A program made the position numbers and the translations under genes. Below the pieces are notes generated by a model. The model was not told the origin of the DNA. It searched no databases and was given only the letters and a program-made list of their open reading frames with translations. Below are positions 18,018 through 28,397 of a DNA stretch of 64,000 nt, in pieces. Numbering within the stretch: position 1 is the stretch's first letter; each line of letters begins with the position of its first letter. The stretch is from assembly GCA_044345405.1 (NCBI GenBank), contig JBIJBE010000004.1, positions 63,007 to 127,006 of the forward strand, given 5' to 3'. Source of the DNA: Bdellovibrionota bacterium (GTDB lineage: Bacteria > Bdellovibrionota_C > UBA2361 > OMII01).

Positions 18018-19415
18018 ATGGCGAGTCAATCTCGTGACCTCATCGTATTAGGTTCAGGACCTGGTGGATATGTAGCGGCTATCCGCGCCGCGCAACTCGG
18101 ACGACAAGTCGCTATCGTTGAGCGTGAAGCGCTTGGTGGCGTGTGCCTCAACTGGGGATGTATCCCATCCAAGGCACTCCTTCGCTCCGCTCAAGTTTTT
18201 AATGACATCAAGCACGCAAGCTCATTCGGATTCACGACCGGCGATGTTTCCGTAGACTTCAAGCGCATCATCGAGCGCTCCCGTGAAGTAGCGAACAAGC
18301 TCTCGGGTGGTGTGAACTACCTGATGAAGAAGAACAAGGTCGAGATTATCTCTGGAAACGGCGTGCTCGAAAAGGGCAACAAACTCGTTGTCACGGACTC
18401 CTCCAAGAAGTCGACGACCTACGAGTTCAAGGACATCATCATCGCGACCGGGGCTCGCGCTCGTCCATTCCCTGGCGTTGATGTTGACGGAGAGGTGGTT
18501 CACACCGCTCGTACAATCCTTGAGAACAAGAGAATGCCTAAGAAGCTCCTGATCATCGGAGCGGGCGCTATCGGTATCGAGTTCGCCTACTTCTTCAACA
18601 CCCTTGGAACTCAAGTTACCGTGGTGGAGATGGCTGACCAGATCCTCCCCGTTGAGGATACCGAGGTAGCTCAAACCCTTGAGAAGGTATTCACGAAGAA
18701 CGGCATGATCATCCGTACCTCAACCGGTGTTGAGAACCTCAAACGCTCCGGCGCCAACGTAACCGCGACCCTTAAGGGCAAGGACAAGACCGAGGAGTGG
18801 AGCGGAGACGCTTGTCTCGTCGCTATCGGTATTATGCCGAACACCGAGAACATCGGACTTGAGAAGGTTGGTATCGAGACGAACCGTGGCTTCATCAAGG
18901 TCAACGAGTACCTTCAGACGAACATCGCTCACCACTACGCTATCGGCGACGTTGCCGGCGGCGCGGCTCTCGCGCACAAAGCGAGCCACGAGGGAATTGT
19001 TGCCGCGGAGGTTGTCGCTGGCAAGGCTAAGCACGCGATGCGGTATGACAACATCCCTGGATGTACGTACTGCCAGCCTCAAGTAGCGTCCGTTGGACTC
19101 ACCGAGAAGGCCGCTAAGGCGAAGGGCATCAAGTACCGCGTCGGTAAGATGCCGTTCTCAGCGGTTGGTAAAGCTATCGCTATCGGAGAGCAGGACGGTT
19201 TCGTTAAGGTCATCATCGATGATGAGGTTGGCGAGGTTCTCGGTGTGCACATTCTTCACGCCGAGGCTACCGAGCTTATCTCGGAAGCTGCTATCATTCG
19301 GTCTCACGAGGGAATCGCGGCGAGCGTGGTTGACACCATCCACCCTCACCCAACGCTCTCAGAGGCGACTATGGAGGCGATGGCACTTGCGCTCGGACGG
19401 CCAGTCAATTTTTAA
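18018..19415 (+). CDS. lpdA: dihydrolipoyl dehydrogenase (E3)
   Basis: GSGPGGYVAAIRAAQLG, GGVCLNWGCIPSK redox disulfide, IIGAGAIG.E, HPHPTLSE. AGGAG RBS. Confidence 0.97.
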   Translation: MASQSRDLIVLGSGPGGYVAAIRAAQLGRQVAIVEREALGGVCLNWGCIPSKALLRSAQVFNDIKHASSFGFTTGDVSVDFKRIIERSREVANKLSGGVNYLMKKNKVEIISGNGVLEKGNKLVVTDSSKKSTTYEFKDIIIATGARARPFPGVDVDGEVVHTARTILENKRMPKKLLIIGAGAIGIEFAYFFNTLGTQVTVVEMADQILPVEDTEVAQTLEKVFTKNGMIIRTSTGVENLKRSGANVTATLKGKDKTEEWSGDACLVAIGIMPNTENIGLEKVGIETNRGFIKVNEYLQTNIAHHYAIGDVAGGAALAHKASHEGIVAAEVVAGKAKHAMRYDNIPGCTYCQPQVASVGLTEKAAKAKGIKYRVGKMPFSAVGKAIAIGEQDGFVKVIIDDEVGEVLGVHILHAEATELISEAAIIRSHEGIAASVVDTIHPHPTLSEATMEAMALALGRPVNF

Positions 19416-20079
19416 AGAAGCTAACGGCGACCCGATCAAGCTGGAGGTCTATGACCTCGGCGTGATCGACTACGTCAAATGCTTGGAGCTTCAAAGGACG
19501 TACCACCGGAAGCTCATAGACGGTACGCAGGGTGATGTGTTGCTCACGTGCTCACATCACCCCGTCATCACATGCGGAACCTCTACCGAGGACGCGCATT
19601 TTTACACACCTTCATCTGAACTTGAGGCGAGCGGCACGCCGGTCGTTTCGATCGAACGGGGCGGGAGCGTGACCTACCACGGGCCCGAACAGGCGGTGTG
19701 CTACCCGCTCATCAATCTTCACAATCACAAGACGGATGTTGGATGGTACATGCGTTCCCTTGAGGAGGTCGTCTTAAGCACCCTCCGAGAGTACGACATC
19801 ACGGGTATCCGCGTTCCTGGAAAGACCGGCGTCTGGATCGACGAAAACTCCAAGATCGCGTTCAGCGGAGTGCGAATCTCACGCTGGTGTACCCTGCACG
19901 GATTCTCACTCAACGTCCTTCCCTGCTCTCACCGCTTCGCGCAGATCAATCCCTGCGGACTTGGGGATATCAAGATCACGTCAATCGCGGAGCTTATCGC
20001 GCCTAAGCCGGTCACCATCGCCGAGGTAACCCACAAGCTGATCGCGAACTTCATCCGGGTCTTTAATTACGAAGTGTAG
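19387..20079 (+). CDS. lipB: lipoyl(octanoyl) transferase
   Basis: DLG.IDY, H.PVIT.G, RGGSVTYHGPEQAVCYP, TGVW, KIA, HGFSLNV, INPCG. In-frame TTG at 19387 has GGAGG 9 nt upstream. Confidence 0.92.
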   Translation: MRSDGQSIFKEANGDPIKLEVYDLGVIDYVKCLELQRTYHRKLIDGTQGDVLLTCSHHPVITCGTSTEDAHFYTPSSELEASGTPVVSIERGGSVTYHGPEQAVCYPLINLHNHKTDVGWYMRSLEEVVLSTLREYDITGIRVPGKTGVWIDENSKIAFSGVRISRWCTLHGFSLNVLPCSHRFAQINPCGLGDIKITSIAELIAPKPVTIAEVTHKLIANFIRVFNYEV

Positions 20080-20147
20080 GCATCCACTGAATTGTTCTAC
20101 GACGAAGGTAGGACCAAAAGTGTGAAAGTCGTGCCTGACCCGACTTT

Positions 20148-21287
20148 TCATCCATCGTCGACCACAAGCATCTGTCCCTCGCGAAGTGTGACCTCGCGGA
20201 TGGAGATGCTGAAATCTCGTTCGAACTGTTTCACCAATCGCACCTCGGGTCGAACCAAAACTGAGACCGCAACGCCATGCGTACCTGCGCGCCCAGTGCG
20301 GCCGACTCGGTGGAGGTAGTCCTTACCCTTGCTCGGAAGATCGAGATTGAATACGTGAGTAATCCCCGGAACATCGAGTCCACGAGCCGCGACGTCTGAA
20401 GCGATCATGACAGTTGCTTTTCCGTTTCGAAAGTTCTGCATGGCTTGCTTACGAACCTCCTTATCGTAGGTGCTATGCAGGTCCGCTACCGCGATTTTGT
20501 GATGCTCTAAGCGCGCGGCGAGATCTTCCGCGGTTTCGTTTCGATGCGTAAAGACGATCGCTTTCTTCGTCTTGGTCGCGTGTACCAACTTTCTTATGGT
20601 GTCGGCCTTGTCGCGTTGATCAACCACAACATAGAAGTGTTCGATGTTGGGATTAATCACAACATCTTCGGTGTGGAGGCGAACCAGCCCTGGTGATAGC
20701 TGCTCCATGACCTCTTTGCTCTTGGGCTGCTCGGTGGCCGATACGAACACAAGTTGGCGTCGCCCTGGGCACGCGCGAATAACTTTCTGAACCGCCTCAA
20801 GGCTCTCGTCCGCCAGGAGACGATCCGCCTCCTCGATGACGAGGGTCTTGAGCTCTGAGAGCTTGAGCTTTCCTCGCTCAAGAAGTTCAAGGATTCGGCC
20901 GGGGGTACCAACGAGAACCTGAGGCTTCTTTTTTAACCTCTCGATCTGTCGATCTATCGCGGCACCACCAATTAACGAGGCGCTCCGAATGTCCATACCT
21001 GAATGTTGGGCCAAGTCGCAGGTCACGCGGTGAATCTGCATGGCAAGCTCATGGGTAGGCGCCAGAATGAGGACCTGAGCGGCTCGCTTCTCACAATCGA
21101 GCACTTGAAAAAGTGGAAGGACATACGCCAAGGTCTTTCCACTTCCCGTTTCCGCGTTGATATAGGTGTCACTTCCAGCTTGCACGACAGGAACGGCCTG
21201 TACCTGAACCGGTGTTGGCTCGATGAATTTCTGCTTTTCCAAGGCGGTGAGAAGAGCAGGAGCTAGGCTGAATTGTTCAAAAGACAT
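20148..21287 (-). CDS. DEAD-box-family RNA helicase (motif II reads EEAD)
   Basis: Q motif, AETGSGKT, PTHELA, GTPGR, EEADRL, SAT, ARGLD, YLHRVGRTGR. Confidence 0.92.
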   Translation of the reverse strand: MSFEQFSLAPALLTALEKQKFIEPTPVQVQAVPVVQAGSDTYINAETGSGKTLAYVLPLFQVLDCEKRAAQVLILAPTHELAMQIHRVTCDLAQHSGMDIRSASLIGGAAIDRQIERLKKKPQVLVGTPGRILELLERGKLKLSELKTLVIEEADRLLADESLEAVQKVIRACPGRRQLVFVSATEQPKSKEVMEQLSPGLVRLHTEDVVINPNIEHFYVVVDQRDKADTIRKLVHATKTKKAIVFTHRNETAEDLAARLEHHKIAVADLHSTYDKEVRKQAMQNFRNGKATVMIASDVAARGLDVPGITHVFNLDLPSKGKDYLHRVGRTGRAGTHGVAVSVLVRPEVRLVKQFERDFSISIREVTLREGQMLVVDDG

Positions 21288-21524
21288 GCTAATACCCTGA
21301 ACTCTTTATGGTGATTACCCTTTACGATTCGCCGGCTCATGGCCGAGGACTGAACACTACCATCTTCATCGACCTAAGCATAACGAGCCGTTCGAGGACC
21401 TCTTTTGGTCAAGGGGCTCCATGGCGAGAGACGGGCAACAAGCGTAATCAAAAACATGGTGCCCCTTGTTAGTTGGAGCGGTCGTCTTGCTATTCCTATG
21501 TGCCGGAAGGTAGCATGCGCGCGC

Positions 21525-21857
21525 ATGAAAAAAGTAAAAGCTCCAACAACGAAGAAGAACTCAACTAAAACCAAACAGAAACTCTCGGCACCGACCTCAA
21601 GGACCAAGACCAAGGGGAAGAGCAAGGTGACCAAGTCATCCAAGAAGCCAGAGGACTACCTGGTTCTGATATTCTGCGGCAGAAGCTACAAGAGCGTTAT
21701 TACCACCCTTGTAACAACCGATAAAAAGGAAGCTCATGCAGAAGCTAAATGGCTCGCGAGCCGCGCGGTTTCTGAAAAGGGCGATAAGGTTGACGTTGCG
21801 GTGTTTAATTCAGCCTACTCGTGGGATGACGAGAAGGGCTGGAAGTTTTTCTATTAA
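21525..21857 (+). CDS. hypothetical protein with Lys-rich N-terminus
   Basis: ORF with histone-like K/T/S-rich first half and a small globular C-terminal part. Start uncertain. Confidence 0.55.
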   Translation: MKKVKAPTTKKNSTKTKQKLSAPTSRTKTKGKSKVTKSSKKPEDYLVLIFCGRSYKSVITTLVTTDKKEAHAEAKWLASRAVSEKGDKVDVAVFNSAYSWDDEKGWKFFY

Positions 21858-21890
21858 GTAGAAGCCCCACCGCTTTTCCTCCAGCGCACG

Positions 21891-22355
21891 CTACCCCATC
21901 GACTCTATGCTTTTACGCCCCCATGCATCAGTGTCAAATGAGAGCGAAGCACTCGGGTCCTCAATCAATCGTCCGAAGCGCCCTAACGGTTCAAACGCTC
22001 CCCGCGTGGTTTCGCACACTGGGCCCGCAACCTCTCGAAAGGAGCTGCCCCCGACCATCAACATAGTGGGCGCCTGTGGTTGCGTAACCATCTCTGAGCG
22101 CCGCCGAACCGCTATATAAGCGCTGCTGGTATTGAAGGTCGGAGGGGTCTTCGATTGAAGAATAACCCACTCGGAGTCCCCTCCTTCCCGCACCAGGGTA
22201 AAGAGGTCCTCCACACCCGGGCCCTCTCCGTCTATGGAGCTTTTGAGTCCTTTGCACACCCGTCCAGCGTCTCGATACCCCTCAGGTAACGCCTCCCTCG
22301 CCATTCGACCGTTCGCCGGATTACTCACGGAGAGGAACTGCGACGCACCCGCCAA
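21891..22355 (-). CDS. hypothetical protein
   Basis: 154-aa ORF with no larger competing ORF. No family recognised. Confidence 0.5.
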   Translation of the reverse strand: MAGASQFLSVSNPANGRMAREALPEGYRDAGRVCKGLKSSIDGEGPGVEDLFTLVREGGDSEWVILQSKTPPTFNTSSAYIAVRRRSEMVTQPQAPTMLMVGGSSFREVAGPVCETTRGAFEPLGRFGRLIEDPSASLSFDTDAWGRKSIESMG

Positions 22356-22615
22356 CTTTTCACCGAGACGGTACCTGGCAATTCCACGATATAATATTGG
22401 GGAACCTTCAGGGGCGGACCTCCGTGGGGGTTTTGGCGCATAGTTACGAACCCGCTATCCGCGACAAGATACGCACGCTCAACCACAGCGGGTTGTGCCA
22501 TCTGACGCATCGTTTCCTCCGAGCAGAACGGTAAGGCGCCATCGATTGCGCCAAGGGATTCACACGTTTTACCTGAGTAGTCCCCACCAACTTTCCTCAT
22601 GAAGATGTGTCCCCG

Positions 22616-23101
22616 CTAAGCCTGAATAACGTACTTGAGAACATCTCCGTGCTCGTCGCGTGTTCCAGCGGGGGCGGCGAAGGTGAGCGAGAGCTGATAC
22701 TCGCCGCTCTTGTCCAGTCTGAACTTACACGAGATAAGGGACGTATCTGATAACCGCGCGGCGTTTACTTCTAGACCTTGCCCATTCTTAAACGTCTCAA
22801 TCATGGCCGGATCCTGGCGGTATTTGCCGACCAACGCCAAGAAGTACCCCGTCAAGCCACCCTGTATGTTCTGCCGATCCTTGGCGAATATCTCAGCTAA
22901 GAGCCCCACGCATGCATCATACGCGCCGGGGTGCTTTGCGATAAGACCGGAAACCTTTTCGGCGATCTGAGCACCGGAACGATCCATCAGAACCTTAAAG
23001 TTTTCGAACGCTCGGGGTTCGGTCTCGAGAAGATTAGCGTTCGGTTTAGGGCCGTCTTCTGACAGGTTGACGAAGATTTGTACCATCGTCCGGTGCTCCA
23101 T
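22616..23101 (-). CDS. hypothetical protein
   Basis: 161-aa ORF with globular composition and a GAGG RBS-like element. Confidence 0.65.
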   Translation of the reverse strand: MEHRTMVQIFVNLSEDGPKPNANLLETEPRAFENFKVLMDRSGAQIAEKVSGLIAKHPGAYDACVGLLAEIFAKDRQNIQGGLTGYFLALVGKYRQDPAMIETFKNGQGLEVNAARLSDTSLISCKFRLDKSGEYQLSLTFAAPAGTRDEHGDVLKYVIQA

Positions 23102-23269
23102 AAAATTGTTGTCCGCCTCACTATATCGGGGACCGACCGCTAGTCGAAAAAAACACCGAAAACACGCTTTTTATACTTTTAGTGGAATCTTAGAGGACTG
23201 CAACCTCTCCGCGGAGACTTTTGCTTAGCAACCCCGGCCCAGCTAGAATTCCGGTGGAGGTACCACCAT

Positions 23270-24286
23270 ATGAGCTTTGAACCATTAAATCCCATCGGGC
23301 AACCGCCTACGTCTGCTCCCGCCTCCAGCACGAACGGTCTCCCCTCTCTCTCAAACATCGAGAACAGCGGCACAACGTTCGACCCAAAGGCATACGCGTC
23401 GCTCAACGATCTCGTTCAGAGGCGGGGCTGGGATAGGATGCTCAGCACTATCTCATCTTTCCCAGCCAACGCCCGGGTACTCGATCTGGGTTTCGGTCAT
23501 GGGGGAAACACCGCCGAACTGGCGACCACACTCCGAACGAATGGAGGAACGATTTTTGGGATTGAGCCTAGTGAGGTGATGGTTACAGAGGCGCGTGCGA
23601 AATACCCCGCCGAGACACACCCGAATCTGACATTACTTCATGGGCGAGCAGAGGCCGCTGGTGAAGCGATACGATCCCATGCGCGTCTCCTCGATCTCTC
23701 AGATCCTCGATTCGATATCGTTGTATCGAATTACACCCTCCACTGGGTTAGAGATCCATCAGAACCACGAACCTTCCTTCATAAGGAGATGTTTCGTTCC
23801 CTCAACAAGCTCCAACCGATCGGCGGTGCACAGCACCACTTTTGCGCAGAGCAGGACGCGTTCAAGGAATTATTCGCGGCGGGGTACGCTCTGATCCGAG
23901 AAGAATCGCGGTGGAGGGGATACTTCACCCCGCACACGGGAGACTACGTCGAGGGCGGCGAGTGGCGTCACCCACCCCTTATCTCCCGTGACGCCTTGTA
24001 CGGGGCTCTTCGAGGCGGAGGGTATGAGGGAACGATCGAACGGTGCGAGGATGAAAGGATCTTCACCTCTCGGGAATCCCTCGTGGGCTGGGTGGGCGCC
24101 ATGATTCGCCCCTTCATGAACAAGATCCCCGCGGAGGAAAAGGGCGCATTCGTGAATGGGTGGATAAACCGATACCTAGAGGACAATCCCTCAGCGGCCC
24201 GAACATCCGACACCGGACAACAGAGCTTCGTGTTGTGGGACCGAAACCTCTTGGTAATGGGATGGAAAGTAGCCGAGCTCGAGTAA
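23270..24286 (+). CDS. class I SAM-dependent methyltransferase (trans-aconitate methyltransferase-like) with N-terminal extension
   Basis: VLDLGFGHG, GIEPSEVM..EAR, FDIVVSNYTLHWV. GGAGG RBS. Confidence 0.85.
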   Translation: MSFEPLNPIGQPPTSAPASSTNGLPSLSNIENSGTTFDPKAYASLNDLVQRRGWDRMLSTISSFPANARVLDLGFGHGGNTAELATTLRTNGGTIFGIEPSEVMVTEARAKYPAETHPNLTLLHGRAEAAGEAIRSHARLLDLSDPRFDIVVSNYTLHWVRDPSEPRTFLHKEMFRSLNKLQPIGGAQHHFCAEQDAFKELFAAGYALIREESRWRGYFTPHTGDYVEGGEWRHPPLISRDALYGALRGGGYEGTIERCEDERIFTSRESLVGWVGAMIRPFMNKIPAEEKGAFVNGWINRYLEDNPSAARTSDTGQQSFVLWDRNLLVMGWKVAELE

Positions 24287-24485
24287 CGTTGTGTCACCAA
24301 CCGACCCTCGGCGCGTTCCTATCGATATCAGGGCTCCCCGCACATATGTAACCGCGACATAGACACCTTCCTTCCGAGGCTGCGACTCTCACTATTACCA
24401 TGCTTCGGTGCCTGATCCCGGCAATCGGCACACATGGTAGCACCGAGTAATCGGTACGTGTAAGGTCAGAACAGATAACAGGACC

Positions 24486-25436
24486 ATGGAAGACAAGCTC
24501 GGAGAACACGCTTTTCATAATTACGAGATGCCGATGATCGATACGAAGATAGAAACAATGGTAGAGAGCAAACTCCCGAGTCCGGTCACCTTTGGAGCCA
24601 TCGGTGACGCCTATGGGTTTTGCTTTGAGTTCGTCGATAATCCGCGGAACGATCTTCAGTATCACCAACACCCAGAGTTCTCGCACGTCAGGCCCGGCGT
24701 GTATTCGGACGACACTCAGATGCAGATCGCGTTGGCGGAAGTTATCGCCTCGGAACGGGAATGGACGCCGGATGAATTAGCGCAGGCGTTTGTTGATACC
24801 TTCAAGAGAGATCCACGGGCAGGATACGCCAAGAGATTCCACGACTTTCTCCGCTCAATAAACTCAGGACGGGAATTTCTTGAGCTAATGCGCCCTGACA
24901 GTGAACGCAACGGCGCCGCTATGCGAGCTCCCGTCATCGGGATGTTCGATTCTATCGATGAGGTCGTTCTCCGCTCCGAGATCCAAGCAAAATTGACGCA
25001 TGACACGAGGGGTGGAGTTGACTCCGCGATAGCAGCCGCGTTGATGTCTCACTATTTCGCCTATTCGCTCGGAACAAAGGAGGAGCTCCCTGCTTTCCTA
25101 ACCAACCACGTGCCGGGATACGACTGGAACCCGACCTGGAAGGATAAGGTTCCTGTACACGGGATTAACACGGTACAGGCCGCGGTCACAGCGGTATGCC
25201 AGTCGAATAGCCTCGCGGACCTCCTACAAAGATGCGTGGCGTTCACCGGGGATGTTGATTCGGTCGCCACTATCGCGATGGCAAGCGCCTCAAATCACGC
25301 GAGCTTCGCTCGGGACATTCCCAACAACCTGTGGAACGATTTTGAGCCATCACGTTTCGGAATCCACTATCTCCTCGACCTTGATCAGCGAGTACGGTCG
25401 ATAGTGTACAAGATTGCGAAAAGGTCGGTCGAATAG
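24486..25436 (+). CDS. ADP-ribosylglycohydrolase (DraG/ARH family)
   Basis: AIGDAYG...E, YSDDTQM, NGAAMRAP, A.LTH, GDVDSVA.IA. Start may be downstream (e.g. 24558). Confidence 0.9.
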   Translation: MEDKLGEHAFHNYEMPMIDTKIETMVESKLPSPVTFGAIGDAYGFCFEFVDNPRNDLQYHQHPEFSHVRPGVYSDDTQMQIALAEVIASEREWTPDELAQAFVDTFKRDPRAGYAKRFHDFLRSINSGREFLELMRPDSERNGAAMRAPVIGMFDSIDEVVLRSEIQAKLTHDTRGGVDSAIAAALMSHYFAYSLGTKEELPAFLTNHVPGYDWNPTWKDKVPVHGINTVQAAVTAVCQSNSLADLLQRCVAFTGDVDSVATIAMASASNHASFARDIPNNLWNDFEPSRFGIHYLLDLDQRVRSIVYKIAKRSVE

Positions 25437-25490
25437 AAGGTCGTTGCGGTCTCTGGCGTATCCCCCGATATCGACCTACTCAGGCTTTGT

Positions 25491-26267
25491 CTATAAATTG
25501 AAATGAGCCTTCAATTCATCCGCGAAATCTTTCTGATTAAAGAGATTCGCTAACGTGACTAGTTTTCGTATCTGCTCGAGTGACAAAGTATTCTCGTCAA
25601 GGATGGGATCTTTGAGGAACAAAACGTTCGCGAACATCACTTGGGCGTTCCCCGGCCTCACATTACCCTTGCTATCAACGGGGAAAGGCTCAGGATTAGT
25701 TTTGCGCCCCCACTTTTCCAACTGAATGTCGAAAACGTGATAGCCCAAGCTCCTCACGTAGAGTTCAACCTCAGAGAACAAGGGGCGATTATGATGGTAT
25801 TCCTGAAAGAAACACTCCGCGAAGATACCCACGCAATCATCTTTGAGGATCTTCTCCAGGTTCTTCATCACCATCAACTCGGCACCCTCAAGATCTATTT
25901 TGAGAAAGTCGAACTTGGTGATGTTATGAATATGGAGCATCTCAATGGTGTTTTTAACATGGAGCTTTTCGGTGCTGATAATCTCTCCATCCCAAAAATT
26001 ATGGAATCGAGACGCGAGTTTTACATTTTGCTTGAACAGTGATGAGGCGTGATTATTTCTCGACAGATAGAAATCGACATCTTCCCTGTCCTCGTCTCCA
26101 ACCACCTCGCGAAACGTAATCTCTTTTCGGTTGAACTTACCGTACCGCAGCCCCGCTTCCTCAAACGGGTCCACGCCGATGAGCTCAACATTGGGGCCTA
26201 ATTCGTCCCAAATCCCAGAGAAGCCCTCAAAAGCTCCAACATCGAAAACGGTAATTACATCGCTCAT
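25491..26267 (-). CDS. FkbM-family methyltransferase
   Basis: VFDVGAFEG, DFLKIDLEGAE..V, LFSEVE.Y. Visibly AT-richer than its neighbours. Confidence 0.85.
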   Translation of the reverse strand: MSDVITVFDVGAFEGFSGIWDELGPNVELIGVDPFEEAGLRYGKFNRKEITFREVVGDEDREDVDFYLSRNNHASSLFKQNVKLASRFHNFWDGEIISTEKLHVKNTIEMLHIHNITKFDFLKIDLEGAELMVMKNLEKILKDDCVGIFAECFFQEYHHNRPLFSEVELYVRSLGYHVFDIQLEKWGRKTNPEPFPVDSKGNVRPGNAQVMFANVLFLKDPILDENTLSLEQIRKLVTLANLFNQKDFADELKAHFNL

Positions 26268-26605
26268 TGTTACCTACCTCACGTGGCGCCGTACCCAGAA
26301 ACGGGCCTCTGAACAGTTGTTAGGGAGCCGTCACAACAGTACGTTAGATCTACACACGACTCGACGTCCCTTCTCGCCATAATGGGGGGCTCCATCATCG
26401 CCGCGACCATCACAAGAAGTACCCGAAAATCCGCGCCGCGGCGACTGGCTATATTCGCCATCGAGACCCGGTCGCCCCGCCGGCTACGTCAAACCCGCCA
26501 CGGCACCGGGGAGGAAGCCGAAACTCGAGAATGGGCAGCCATTTTTTAGTTGATTCGAACGTGGCGACCTGTACCATACTCTTAGGCAAAACCGATCGAC
26601 ATACC

Positions 26606-27478
26606 ATGCGCGACCAATCCCCAACGTCGAACACCCACAAAGATCCAGCGCCCCGTCTTCCAGCCCTCGCGATGCCGGAAAGACTGGTGATGATTCGTCA
26701 TGGAGAGAGCGAAATCAACGTCATCAATCGCGCGCTCAAACGAGGGACGATCTCTGAATATCCCCAAGCGGCCCTTTCGACACCAGACCGAGAATTTCGC
26801 CTCTCAAACCGAGGACGCAATCAAGCGGATATAACTGGTAGATGGTTGAAAGAGGCGCATCCAGAGGGCTTTGACGTTATTTACGTCTCCGATCACGTGC
26901 GTGCGAGGGAAACTGCGGGCCTCGTCTGCCGAGAGGCTGGATGGAAAGAGGTGTTAATCCGAATTGATCCCCAACTTGGAGAGAGAAACTGGGGCCGATT
27001 CGCTTTCGTTGATACTGACCGCCGACGAGAGGTCATGGAATTACGCCAAAGGGATCCCCTTCACGCACCGATGCCCGATGGCGAAACCTTACTGCAAACC
27101 CGCACTCGAACTCGAGTTCTTCTGGAGCGAATCGCTCGCGAAAACCGTGGACAACGAGTCTTAGTGTTCTCGCATGGTGAGTACATCGAAGCGTTGTGGG
27201 CCGAGGTCGGTCACTTTTCTACGGAAGCGCAACGCGAGTTCTTCCAGACTCCAGTGGGAGACATAAAAAATTGTCAGGTGGTGGAGTTTACCTCCCGCGA
27301 TCCCATGAGCGGGGAGCCCCGGGGGCAACTCCGATGGGTAAAGAGCTCGTGCCCCCACGCGGGACTCGCAGGGAGCTGGAGTGAGTTCCAGTACCAAAAG
27401 TTCTCGCCTGAGGAGCTTCTCGCCACAGTTGAGCGATACCCGCACCTCCCGGATCTGAACACCCTCACCCATCCGTAA
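26606..27478 (+). CDS. histidine phosphatase / phosphoglycerate mutase family protein
   Basis: LVMIRHGESEIN, S...RARETA, L.ERNWG, PDGET, VLVFSHG. Confidence 0.9.
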   Translation: MRDQSPTSNTHKDPAPRLPALAMPERLVMIRHGESEINVINRALKRGTISEYPQAALSTPDREFRLSNRGRNQADITGRWLKEAHPEGFDVIYVSDHVRARETAGLVCREAGWKEVLIRIDPQLGERNWGRFAFVDTDRRREVMELRQRDPLHAPMPDGETLLQTRTRTRVLLERIARENRGQRVLVFSHGEYIEALWAEVGHFSTEAQREFFQTPVGDIKNCQVVEFTSRDPMSGEPRGQLRWVKSSCPHAGLAGSWSEFQYQKFSPEELLATVERYPHLPDLNTLTHP

Positions 27479-27662
27479 TCGACACGGAACACCCTTGTAG
27501 TCGGCTCTCAGAACGCGACAGATCCTGACTAATATCACCACCATCGTGGGAGGACCCGCTCTACAATCCCGAAGATGTGATTCGATAGGTCACGAAATCG
27601 CTTAGTTGGGCATACCCCTCGTGATACGCTCAAGCAAAGTCGCTTGAAACATGTGGAGCACA

Positions 27663-28397
27663 ATGACGGGTCGCCAAGCTCTTGTTGAAGTTACGAGGGA
27701 AAAGCACGCCACCGCTGTGCTCGCTGCTCATCAACCCTTTCCAGTAGGTCTCGATACGAGACCCTTCAATATCGAACAGAGCGAGGCGCTCCTCACCTCG
27801 CCGTGCGACTGGACGAAATCGGTGCCCTCCTTTCTTTTTCGACATATCGCGCAACGGGATGGTGGAGCCTGTTTCACTGAGCTGAAACAGAACGCCGAAC
27901 GGGAATTTTTATCCAATAATCCCACTGAATGGGGATTCCCCGTTTTCCGATTGGCTGACTTTTTGGAGTCCGCCTATCGCTGTGGGCTCCTGGCAAAGAA
28001 CTTTATCGCGCCAAACGGCGATATCTATTCACCCCATCGGACCCTCATGTATGAGATCGCCTCCGATGCACAAGCTCTTCTCGCGCAGCACGCCCCAGCT
28101 GAAATTGATAAGAGAGCCGACACCATCCCATCACTCCCCGAAGCGGGGAGAGCCCACGCGCCCGCGCAGCTGGAGCCGGTGGTAGACTATCTTAAAGAGC
28201 ATGGCCCAAGTGTACGGGACACCATGCTCGATACCCTTACACGGTCTGCATCGGACGATACCGTCCAGACGGCATGGGATCACTTAGAGGACGCGATCGA
28301 TGAAGGACTCAAGCTCGGAATCCTCTCTCAGAGGGAGGATAGGCTTGGAGCTCGGGTACTCTCCATTACCACCGAAGATAGCATCGACGCGCGGTAG
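27663..28397 (+). CDS. hypothetical protein, possibly two winged-helix domains
   Basis: Two segments ending in L......GLL and I......GIL, each followed by beta-wing-like residues. Confidence 0.65.
   Translation: MTGRQALVEVTREKHATAVLAAHQPFPVGLDTRPFNIEQSEALLTSPCDWTKSVPSFLFRHIAQRDGGACFTELKQNAEREFLSNNPTEWGFPVFRLADFLESAYRCGLLAKNFIAPNGDIYSPHRTLMYEIASDAQALLAQHAPAEIDKRADTIPSLPEAGRAHAPAQLEPVVDYLKEHGPSVRDTMLDTLTRSASDDTVQTAWDHLEDAIDEGLKLGILSQREDRLGARVLSITTEDSIDAR

Noticed and set aside
19387-19465. Possible +1 frameshift (TTT TAA) fusing lpdA to lipB, because lipB has no nearby ATG
   Set aside because: An in-frame TTG at 19387 with GGAGG 9 nt upstream gives an ordinary overlapping start that includes the conserved DLG motif.
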